From positions 1 to 64,000 of the IMG/VR virus record IMGVR_UViG_3300023175_000005: 64,000 nt of DNA; one strand, written 5' to 3'. The notes under the pieces are model-generated. The model was not told where the DNA came from. It was given only the letters and a program-made list of their open reading frames with translations, and did no database searches. Below are positions 1 to 7,302 of this stretch, one piece after another. The position numbers and the translations under genes were made by a program. Numbering within the stretch: the first letter of the stretch is position 1; each line of letters opens with the position of its first letter.

Positions 1-11
1 AACGGCTTCGA

Positions 12-362
12 TTTCAATGGCTTACACGGTGATCCTCAGGTGGCCCCTGAGGGGCCTCACTGTGGTGTCACTTGTGAATCATCACATGAGGTTCACCTGC
101 TAACCGTTTGAATTTATTGAGAAAATCCTCTGCGGGGTCAGAAGGTTACTACCTTACTACTAGACTCTCTACTACTATAAGAGCGTCACCTAACCGTTTG
201 AAAACCGTGGAAAAAATCTCCCCTAGTACTACTACGCTACTATACACTTAACTACTATACTACTATAAGTTCAAGTTCATCCACTACTACACTATACACA
301 CAACTCATGTCTTTATAAGTCTTTGTTTCTAATGGATTCTTTTGGCCACTAAGTCATTGTTT
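12..362. promoter_or_regulatory. Cluster of five IHF-consensus-like sites
   Basis: TTTCAATGGCTTA 12-24; TAACCGTTTGAA 101-112 and 191-202; TAAGTCTTTGTTT 316-328; TAAGTCATTGTTT 350-362. Each is about one mismatch from WATCAANNNNTTR or its complement. Confidence 0.5.
146..300. repeat. CTACTA/CTACTATA low-complexity repeat tract
   Basis: Multiple CTACTACTATA / CTACACTATAC copies in a gene-free region. Confidence 0.7.
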
Positions 363-468
363 TTGTTGGATTCTTTTTTTCATTTTTATATAAAATAAAG
401 CTTGCGTATATGTGTAGTTGTGTTATATTAGTAGTATGTTAACAAAAATGCATATAGGAGGGCAACAT

Positions 469-783
469 ATGCTAAATGGACAAGTTTGTTTAACGGAAGC
501 AGTGCGTGTAGTACTAGTAGAAGAAGACGCACAATGGAAGGCGGAGTTTGAAAAATACGGCTACAACACAGACATGTGGGCAACATATGGGGAATTTGAC
601 GAGGAGTGGCGAGAAGACGTTTTTACAATAGACGTATTTGAAGACGAAACATATGGCTTTATATGCGGCAATGCTAGTGACAGGCGTGTATACGGATTTA
701 CAGTAGACGTGTACAAAGCAGAGGAAGCAGACGGCACGTATAGTTTTTGGATAACAAACGAAGACTACGCTACAATAGGATAA
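469..783 (+). CDS. Early acidic hypothetical protein (104 aa, no Pro)
   Basis: Own promoter; GGAGGGC RBS before ATG 469. Confidence 0.8.
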   Translation: MLNGQVCLTEAVRVVLVEEDAQWKAEFEKYGYNTDMWATYGEFDEEWREDVFTIDVFEDETYGFICGNASDRRVYGFTVDVYKAEEADGTYSFWITNEDYATIG

Positions 784-876
784 AAAAAAGTTTGCGCACA
801 GTGCATTTTTTGCTTGCATTGTGCGCAACTTGTGCTATAGTGTAACTACATTAACAACTGCACATAGTGAGGGCTT

Positions 877-1098
877 ATGCAAAAAAAACTTACACGCACA
901 CAAGTAAACGCAATTACACAAACGTTCCGCAATGCAACTACACTGCAACAACAACTGCACTACTTGCAAAACATGCAGTATAAAAATGGAAGCAGAGTGT
1001 ATGACGTAACGCATTGGGAGGAAGCTATTGAAAGTATTATAGAAGAATTGTGTGAGTGCATGGATGAAAGCGTGTTGCAACACTATAAAGTTTTTTAA
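877..1098 (+). CDS. Early hypothetical protein
   Basis: Promoter 814, RBS GAGGGC 869. Confidence 0.8.
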   Translation: MQKKLTRTQVNAITQTFRNATTLQQQLHYLQNMQYKNGSRVYDVTHWEEAIESIIEELCECMDESVLQHYKVF

Positions 1099-1182
1099 GC
1101 AAACGCAAAAAAAATGGTTGCACTGTAGCACAAGTTGTGCTATAGTGTAACTATAAACTAAACTAGCATAGAGAGGGCAATT

Positions 1183-1380
1183 ATGCAAAATGTTTTCGTT
1201 TTACAATTACAGGGCACAGGCGACAGTGAAACTGCTTGGGAAAATTTTGGCGTGTTTGCTACACAACAGGATTTAGAAAAACGCTTGCGAGAAATTAACA
1301 ACGACTATTTGGATACAGACTTACAGTTTTTTAGACTGTTTGACAATGCACGTATGGAAGTTTGGGAATTAAAAAAATAA
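1183..1380 (+). CDS. Early hypothetical protein
   Basis: Promoter 1118, RBS GAGGGC 1173. Confidence 0.8.
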   Translation: MQNVFVLQLQGTGDSETAWENFGVFATQQDLEKRLREINNDYLDTDLQFFRLFDNARMEVWELKK

Positions 1381-1451
1381 AAAAACACTTGACAAGCACT
1401 GTAGTACATGCTATAGTGCTTGTATAAACTAAACTAGCATAGGAGGGTTAT

Positions 1452-1799
1452 ATGCTAAAACTTACAAACAAATATGTTGAAATTGAACGTGACGAAGACT
1501 TGCAGGAGACTTGCACTATTACTGAGTATGCTGTGGAAGGCACAGTAAAACTTGCTATGGATAGCATTTGGAATTACACAGGCAGTGACACTGTGCGTGT
1601 GGATGGTATACAGATAAGAGAAACACTGTATGAAGAAGATGGTGATACTAGCATTATGGTGAACGTGGAGCATGATGCTGCATGGAACATATACACAGAC
1701 ACGGGCTTTGAACGTGCAATTAGTGAGGCGCTTGGTATGGATATTACATTTACAGAGCAAGGCATGCAAGACGACAACTATGCAAGCATGGAGGTGTAA
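1452..1799 (+). CDS. Early acidic hypothetical protein
   Basis: Promoter 1389, RBS GGAGGGT. Confidence 0.85.
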   Translation: MLKLTNKYVEIERDEDLQETCTITEYAVEGTVKLAMDSIWNYTGSDTVRVDGIQIRETLYEEDGDTSIMVNVEHDAAWNIYTDTGFERAISEALGMDITFTEQGMQDDNYASMEV

Positions 1800-1811
1800 T
1801 AACACACAGTA

Positions 1812-1878
1812 GAGGAAGTACTGCACTGTACAGTGTAGTACTTTCGTATACCTCGTCAGGCCCCGCTGTTGGGGTCCG
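1812..1878. repeat. Two inverted repeats (AAGTACTGCACTG-TA-CAGTGTAGTACTT; GGCCCC...GGGGTCC)
   Basis: Visible hairpins after the 1452-1799 gene. Confidence 0.6.
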
Positions 1879-1972
1879 GTTACCGGAAGTATTTTTTTTA
1901 AATTAGGGGTTGACAGGTGTGTGAGACTGTGTTATAGTATGTGTATAAGTTAACAAAACGCCGGAGGGCAAG

Positions 1973-2200
1973 ATGGCTACTGACTTACGTACAACAAACG
2001 AAGACTTTACAATGACACGCTTTTGGGCCGGCTTGGAGCAGAAGGTCCAGGTTACACAGCCGCGTGGTAACACTAACTTAGGCAAGTTGCAGCAAACGGA
2101 CGAGTTCTTTACCAGTTTGCAGTTAACACGAGACGAGGCACGTGCATTAGCATTAGACTTGTTTAAGTTTGCTGAAGGACAGGAAACAGAACAATTTTAA
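1973..2200 (+). CDS. Early hypothetical protein
   Basis: Promoter 1910, RBS GGAGGGC. Confidence 0.8.
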   Translation: MATDLRTTNEDFTMTRFWAGLEQKVQVTQPRGNTNLGKLQQTDEFFTSLQLTRDEARALALDLFKFAEGQETEQF

Positions 2201-2269
2201 CATTAGGGGTTGACAGCCCCTAATTATTATAGTATAGTGTATATACAGTAACGAACAACGAGGGATACA

Positions 2270-2611
2270 ATGTTTGTAATTTACGAAAACTCATCAACAC
2301 TTATCATGGGCAAGCCAGATCGCCACGGCATTGTTCGTCCAGATTATCGTCAGTCTTATAAGACTATGGCAGCGGCTAAGGCAGCCGTCACACGCATGGC
2401 CAAACTGTGGAGAGCCAACTCACTGTCAGTGTACGAGTCACGAGACAATGATCCTGTGTTCAGGTATGCGATAGCCGAGAAGTCACTGTTCCATAACTTA
2501 ATCGAAAAGCGGCGTGTTCGAAAGAACCTGATGAACGATTCAGAGTTCGTCGAACCGGTGAACACACCTGCACACATGTCACCTGCTTGCGAAACCTATT
2601 GGAGTATGTAA
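2270..2611 (+). CDS. Early hypothetical protein (C-terminal SPACETYWSM)
   Basis: Promoter 2210, RBS GAGGGA. Confidence 0.85.
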   Translation: MFVIYENSSTLIMGKPDRHGIVRPDYRQSYKTMAAAKAAVTRMAKLWRANSLSVYESRDNDPVFRYAIAEKSLFHNLIEKRRVRKNLMNDSEFVEPVNTPAHMSPACETYWSM

Positions 2612-2612
2612 G

Positions 2613-2792
2613 ATGAAAGATGTAGCATTGAACTTGGAAAAGCTAGACAACACTCTAGACACGGTAGAAGAACTCGTTCGGGGTCTTTCACTTCGGCCGC
2701 AAGATGAAAAGAGATTGACCGATCTAATCTACGACTTTTGGATGGATGTAGAAGAGTCGGTGGAACTGGCTCCTACAGATTTTCCAAATTAG
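2613..2792 (+). CDS. Small acidic protein, 59 aa (MKDVALNLEK...), below the ORF-track cutoff
   Basis: GGAG RBS; ATG immediately after the upstream stop; translated by hand. Confidence 0.7.
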   Translation: MKDVALNLEKLDNTLDTVEELVRGLSLRPQDEKRLTDLIYDFWMDVEESVELAPTDFPN

Positions 2793-2861
2793 GGGTTGAC
2801 ACAGTGCAGCCCCTATGCTATAGTGTATGTATAGTTAGAAACGTACAAACGGAGGGCTCCA

Positions 2862-3074
2862 ATGTACAACATGTTTACTGAAGAAGGCAACACAAAAGTT
2901 GCAGCACTTGTAGCACAAGCACGCCAATTTGCAGATGTAGACGGTCCTTACAATGCCACAGAACAGGCATGGAATTGGCTGCTAAACGAGTTGGATGCAC
3001 TAGCACGTAATCCTGCTTTTGAAGAAGCAACAGATACAGCAGTGCGTGAAGCCTGCTACGACCGTTTCATATAG
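2862..3074 (+). CDS. Early hypothetical protein
   Basis: Promoter 2796, RBS GGAGGGC. Confidence 0.8.
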   Translation: MYNMFTEEGNTKVAALVAQARQFADVDGPYNATEQAWNWLLNELDALARNPAFEEATDTAVREACYDRFI

Positions 3075-3083
3075 GAGGGCAAG

Positions 3084-3383
3084 ATGGACATTTCCGATCT
3101 TCTTCAAATCATCGCAGTGGTAGCAGCACTAGATGGAGTTCAATCTGACTCTAACCACAACGGAGGTTGGCACGGCGATCATGATAACCCGCAACACGAA
3201 AACGTTGTGATCAATCCTTGGCACGGCAACTCGAGCGGTTACCACGACGGCCAGCTTTATGCACCTGCCAGCCAGTGTGCTAGTGTACGTGAACAGGTAA
3301 CCGACCTAGGCGACCGCTGGAAGATCACCACCATCGAGACCTGCCACGACACCGTTCGAGCAACAAGGTATCAGTGGAAGTAA
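3084..3383 (+). CDS. Hypothetical protein, hydrophobic N-terminus, His/Gly/Asn-rich
   Basis: RBS GGAGGGC 3074-3080. Confidence 0.75.
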   Translation: MDISDLLQIIAVVAALDGVQSDSNHNGGWHGDHDNPQHENVVINPWHGNSSGYHDGQLYAPASQCASVREQVTDLGDRWKITTIETCHDTVRATRYQWK

Positions 3384-3398
3384 TCAAGACCCCCCTGC

Positions 3399-3455
3399 TA
3401 AGTCATTGAAAACAAAGAGAAAATTATTTTGCAAAAAAATGCTAAGTGCTTGTTT
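3399..3455. promoter_or_regulatory. Pair of IHF-like sites
   Basis: TAAGTCATTGAAA 3399-3411 and TAAGTGCTTGTTT 3443-3455; same motif as 316/350. Confidence 0.5.
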
Positions 3456-3544
3456 TTAAACAAAACAAAAAGCTTTACAAGTGCGTATACTTGTGCTATT
3501 GTGTATGTATAAGTTAACTAATATGTATACAGAGGAGCATTAGT

Positions 3545-3790
3545 ATGCAAAACAAAGTATTTTTAAACGCACAAAACGCTGCAATTGTTGTAACAGTAAA
3601 CAACAAAGTTGTTGCTACAGACGTACAAACTGCAGACGCACTTGTGCAAGTGTTTTTAACACATAACATTAATGTGCTAAAAGACAATATTATGTGTAGC
3701 AGCAGCATAGACTTTGCAAGTGAAGAGGGCTTTGCTAGTGACGCAAGTGCGCATAATATAATAGACGCTGCATTTGACACATTAGCATAG
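3545..3790 (+). CDS. Early hypothetical protein
   Basis: Promoter 3474, RBS GAGGAG. Confidence 0.8.
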   Translation: MQNKVFLNAQNAAIVVTVNNKVVATDVQTADALVQVFLTHNINVLKDNIMCSSSIDFASEEGFASDASAHNIIDAAFDTLA

Positions 3791-3810
3791 CACTGCTATA
3801 CTAAAGTATT

Positions 3811-3844
3811 GCAAGCACTATACATAATAGTGCTTGCTTTTTTT
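3811..3844 (+). terminator. Intrinsic terminator overlapping the next -35
   Basis: GCAAGCACTAT-ACATA-ATAGTGCTTGC followed by a T-run. Confidence 0.7.
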
Positions 3845-3899
3845 GTTTTTTGTGTTATATTAATTGTATAACTTTAACAAGCATATAGGAGGGCTTTAT

Positions 3900-4067
3900 A
3901 TGCAAAAACAATATACACTAGAAGACTTTACTAATTTGGAGTACTACAACAAAATGCGCTGTGCAGACGGAGACGTTGTACAGTACATTGCAAAACGTAA
4001 ACGTGCTAAAACACACTGCCTAATTACTGTAAAAAATAACGTAGTACTAAAAGTGCAAAAATATTAA
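3900..4067 (+). CDS. Early basic hypothetical protein (55 aa)
   Basis: Promoter 3834, RBS GGAGGGC, ATG 3900. Confidence 0.75.
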   Translation: MQKQYTLEDFTNLEYYNKMRCADGDVVQYIAKRKRAKTHCLITVKNNVVLKVQKY

Positions 4068-4139
4068 AAAAACACTTGACAAGTGCTATAGTGTGTGCTA
4101 TAGTGCTTGTATAACGTAACAGCATATGGAGGGCTTTAT

Positions 4140-4409
4140 ATGCAAAATACTACTACTAAAACAGCACGTCAAATTGTGCGCAACATCTTAAAGCAAAACA
4201 ATGTTATGTATTCTCCGCACAGTTACACAAACAAATGTGCAAATCCTGCACTGCGTAACATTTGCTTCCTCACTAAAAACTTAACTCCTACAGTAGTGCA
4301 GCAAATTGCTTCTGCGCTTAATGTTAGCAAAGTACATGCTACCAAGCCTATGTTTTACAATGTGCATCCGGATGCACGTTATTTGCGTATAGTACATTGC
4401 GCAAAATAA
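4140..4409 (+). CDS. Early basic hypothetical protein (no Glu/Gly/Trp)
   Basis: Promoter 4076, RBS GGAGGGC, ATG 4140. Confidence 0.75.
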   Translation: MQNTTTKTARQIVRNILKQNNVMYSPHSYTNKCANPALRNICFLTKNLTPTVVQQIASALNVSKVHATKPMFYNVHPDARYLRIVHCAK

Positions 4410-4495
4410 TTTAAAAAAATGCAAATTAGGGGTTGACAAACGGCTCCTAGTTTGCTATACTATATGTATAGTTAGACGCAACGGAGGGCAATCCA

Positions 4496-4693
4496 ATGGC
4501 AGCAATCAAAATTTTTAACTCAGCATACCGTGACTCAGAAGAGCGTTGGTTGGAAATGGACGAAGTGAATGTAGTCACTATGAAGATGGACTACGACAAT
4601 GTTCCTTACATTTTGTTTGAGCACCGTGACTTTCCACTAGGCGCACTGAGCGCAACATTCACAGACGGCAACTGGTACTGTGATTTAAATTAG
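4496..4693 (+). CDS. Early hypothetical protein
   Basis: Promoter 4433, RBS GGAGGGC. Confidence 0.8.
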   Translation: MAAIKIFNSAYRDSEERWLEMDEVNVVTMKMDYDNVPYILFEHRDFPLGALSATFTDGNWYCDLN

Positions 4694-4759
4694 GGGTTGA
4701 CAGCATCTACAGAGATGCTATTATATAAACATAACGAAACAAAGCCATAGGAGGGTAAC

Positions 4760-5236
4760 ATGGCAACTCGTGCAAGAATTGGAATCGAAAACGCAGACGG
4801 TTCAATCACAACTTCATATCATCACTGGGACGGCTACCCAGCAGGCTTGGGTTTCAACCTAGTCAACAACTGGGCAGACGAAGACTTGCTTGGTGAGGCT
4901 ATCGCACTTGGTGACGCATCACATTGGGCAGACACTATTGGTTCAAAGACAGACTTTGACTGCCGTGACGATAACTATTACAAACAGAATGTCTACTACG
5001 GACGTGACCGTGGCGAGACAGGCGTAGATCCAATCATCTATGATACCTATGCTGTGTTTGAGAAATGCTTCCTACGCAACACACCTTGTGGTGAAGAGTA
5101 TGCTTATGTCTTGCGCTTGGACGGCACTTGGACACAGATTTCAGTATACCACAAAGAGGTCAAGCACGATGCGGAGGATTCAATCCGCACTGCCAAGGCT
5201 CAAATGCAACGATTGATTGATCAGGAGGCAGCATAA
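4760..5236 (+). CDS. Conserved phage early protein (MATRARIG...YHHWDGYP family)
   Basis: Recognisable Y-x-H-W-D-G-Y-P motif; promoter and RBS. Confidence 0.85.
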   Translation: MATRARIGIENADGSITTSYHHWDGYPAGLGFNLVNNWADEDLLGEAIALGDASHWADTIGSKTDFDCRDDNYYKQNVYYGRDRGETGVDPIIYDTYAVFEKCFLRNTPCGEEYAYVLRLDGTWTQISVYHKEVKHDAEDSIRTAKAQMQRLIDQEAA

Positions 5237-5742
5237 TGCCCAATTGGTGCAACAATTCATTCTCAATCACTGGTAACACTGAAAGCATCAAAGACCTTTG
5301 GGAGGCAGCACAGACTGCCGGCCCAGACGGTGGCTTTGGTTTGCTCAATGCAATCGCTCCTATCGGTGACTGGGAGTATGGTAAGGCTGTAGACACTTGG
5401 GGAACCAAGTGGGATGTCACTGACGAAGGTCTAGAGTTCATCGACAATGGTGACGGCACTGCTAGTATCTCAGGTTGGTTTGACTCAGCATGGTCTCCAC
5501 CTATTGGTGCTTACGAACAGTTGGCAGCGGACTTCGACTCGTGTATAATCGAGTGCTCCTACTACGAACCCGGTATGGACTTTGGTGGCTTTTGGTCTAG
5601 TGAGAACGGCGACGAAGAGTTTGACAATCTACAAGAGCGCTTAGAGCAGCCTACAGAAGAATGGGACGAGCGTTTCACAGCGTTCGAAGTAGAATACGAT
5701 CTACTGTCAGAAGAATGGCGTTTTGAAGAGGAGGAAGCGTGA
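5236..5742 (+). CDS. DUF1281/YubB-like ferredoxin-fold protein
   Basis: MPNWCNN, WGTKWD, FDSAWSPP, YYEPGMDFGG motifs. Confidence 0.8.
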   Translation: MPNWCNNSFSITGNTESIKDLWEAAQTAGPDGGFGLLNAIAPIGDWEYGKAVDTWGTKWDVTDEGLEFIDNGDGTASISGWFDSAWSPPIGAYEQLAADFDSCIIECSYYEPGMDFGGFWSSENGDEEFDNLQERLEQPTEEWDERFTAFEVEYDLLSEEWRFEEEEA

Positions 5743-5981
5743 AGATGTATATTGAAGGTTTAACAGAGGAGCAATGTGAAATGCTCGACAAGCTTTGGTC
5801 AATGGATACGGTAGAAGAAGTCAACGAGTTTCGCAACACTCTTCCTCGTTTCCGCCAACAGCAGATCGATACACTGATGGAATTGGTTATCCATGAGATG
5901 AAAGAAAAAGAACTGTCTCTAATGGAACGCTATCCCGAAGCAGAAGAAATGCTAGAAAGATTGAAAAAAGATTTCCTTTAG
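5739..5981 (+). CDS. Hypothetical protein
   Basis: GTG start coupled to the upstream stop; GGAGG RBS. Confidence 0.75.
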   Translation: MKMYIEGLTEEQCEMLDKLWSMDTVEEVNEFRNTLPRFRQQQIDTLMELVIHEMKEKELSLMERYPEAEEMLERLKKDFL

Positions 5982-6043
5982 GGGTTGACACTGCTGCTGT
6001 AGATGCTATAGTGTATGTATAAGTTGAAACGAGGGCAGTTACA

Positions 6044-6193
6044 ATGACAAAAGAAAACACAGGCGAAGCATTTGGTTACTTCCTAATTGTATTATTTGCA
6101 CTAGGATGGATGGATGTGCTTTGGGTATTTGGAATTGAAAACAGCAAGGACTACACATGGTGGAACTTGATACAGTATTTGGGGAATCTCTAG
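6044..6193 (+). CDS. Small membrane protein, 49 aa
   Basis: Promoter 5985, RBS GAGGGC 6031; hydrophobic ORF translated by hand. Confidence 0.7.
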   Translation: MTKENTGEAFGYFLIVLFALGWMDVLWVFGIENSKDYTWWNLIQYLGNL

Positions 6194-6195
6194 GT

Positions 6196-6348
6196 ATGAA
6201 CGATCTAATCGAAATTGTAGAAGACTTGGAATCAATCGAACTGCACGGTGTAGATAGCACTGCGTTCGAAGCAATCATTGAGAAATGGGAACAGCGTAAG
6301 ACAGAAGCCGAAGAGTTTTTGGAACGTCAATTCGAGATGGAGGTATAA
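6196..6348 (+). CDS. Small acidic protein (MNDLIEIVED...)
   Basis: ATG directly after the upstream stop. Confidence 0.65.
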   Translation: MNDLIEIVEDLESIELHGVDSTAFEAIIEKWEQRKTEAEEFLERQFEMEV

Positions 6349-6350
6349 AC

Positions 6351-6510
6351 GGAACAAGGCAATATTGAGTGGTGGTCAAACCCCTGGTTCTAAAGTTCCA
6401 AAAATGACGTAAAGAGATATATTGCCTGTGGTAGCCTGCGCCACGTTAGAAAATAAGATTGGGCTTAGAGGGTCTGTAGCCTGGCGCAGACGATAAACTT
6501 CGCCCAGGTA
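6351..6510 (+). ncRNA. Candidate structured RNA upstream of the tRNAs
   Basis: Stems AGGCAATAT/ATATTGCCT, GTGG/CCAC, TGGGC/GCCCA, GTCTG/CAGAC; no sense ORF. Confidence 0.4.
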
Positions 6511-6513
6511 CTA

Positions 6514-6600
6514 GCCTCCATGGTGGAATAGGTAGACACAAGAGACTTAAAATCTCTCGCTGATTACAGCGTCCCAGTTCGAGTCTGGGTGGAGGCACCA
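6514..6600 (+). tRNA. tRNA-Leu (TAA)
   Basis: Acceptor GCCTCCA/TGGAGGC, anticodon arm AGAGA-CTTAAAA-TCTCT, long variable arm, GTTCGAGTC T-loop, encoded CCA. Confidence 0.97.
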
Positions 6601-6613
6601 ATCTTTTTTTGAC

Positions 6614-6690
6614 GGTTGCGTAGCTCAACTGGATAGAGCAACAGACTTCTAATCTGTAGGTTGAGGGTTCGAGTCCTTCCGCAATCGCCA
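6614..6690 (+). tRNA. tRNA-Arg (TCT)
   Basis: Acceptor GGTTGCG/CGCAATC, anticodon arm ACAGA-CTTCTAA-TCTGT, GTTCGAGTC T-loop, encoded CCA. Confidence 0.97.
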
Positions 6691-6774
6691 AAAAAAGATT
6701 AAAAAAGTGGTTGACAATATATCTACTGATGCTATTGTATATGTATAGGGCAACTAAACAACGAGGGCTTAGAA

Positions 6775-7089
6775 ATGTTCGTAGTTAAGACACAGATTTT
6801 AGAAAACTATGGTGCACACAGCGAAGACGGCCGTTTTGCCTCAGGCAATGCGTACTGGAAGATGAAAGGCGGCAACGAGTATATCGTTCGTGACCTTGAT
6901 CGTCCGCAGGATGCTATGGCGTTCGTGGCTGCCAAGTTCATCGAGAACAACATCGCATTCAAGGAGTTTCCAATTGAGGTAATCACTTGGGAAGAATGGC
7001 AAGCGGAACTTAACGATCTCGACGAAGACTATCGCGAGTTCCTAGTAGAGCAGGCTATTGCTTGCTCACCCGTAGCGGAGGCAGCGTAA
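6775..7089 (+). CDS. Conserved phage early protein (TQILENYGAH...YWKMKGG)
   Basis: Promoter 6711, RBS GAGGGC. Confidence 0.85.
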   Translation: MFVVKTQILENYGAHSEDGRFASGNAYWKMKGGNEYIVRDLDRPQDAMAFVAAKFIENNIAFKEFPIEVITWEEWQAELNDLDEDYREFLVEQAIACSPVAEAA

Positions 7090-7241
7090 TGGAGCAGAGC
7101 GTAATCACAGTCACCATCGTGCTAGCCACACTGCTAGCCGTTGGACTGTTCATTAACGTAGTTCAGTTCGTATCCCGTCCGTGGGTACTGGTATTACTGT
7201 TCGGAGTGCTTGGCTGGTTTTTATTCGCCAGTACACTTTAG
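7089..7241 (+). CDS. Small two-helix membrane protein, 50 aa
   Basis: TAATG coupling, GGAGG RBS, hydrophobic; translated by hand. Confidence 0.7.
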   Translation: MEQSVITVTIVLATLLAVGLFINVVQFVSRPWVLVLLFGVLGWFLFASTL

Positions 7242-7302
7242 AGGTTGACAAATGCATTTTAGAACGTATACTGATAACAATTGTAAAACACATGAGGGCA
7301 AC

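Noticed and set aside
1900-3074. Extending the YC-free island across 1900-2200 and 2862-3074
   Set aside because: TC is low but CC is present and the intervening genes are normal; only partial, needs statistics.
514-3780. - strand ORFs opposite early genes (514-828, 835-1188, 1455-1826, 3514-3780)
   Set aside because: No RBS or promoter; loss of TCA on + removes TGA stops on -, which inflates shadow ORFs.
382-4428. YC depletion as a by-product of AT-richness
   Set aside because: C stays common after purines (AC, GC), and the more AT-rich 25-37 kb region has abundant TC/CC on both strands.
6446-6691. 81-aa - strand ORF
   Set aside because: It is the antisense of the two tRNAs.
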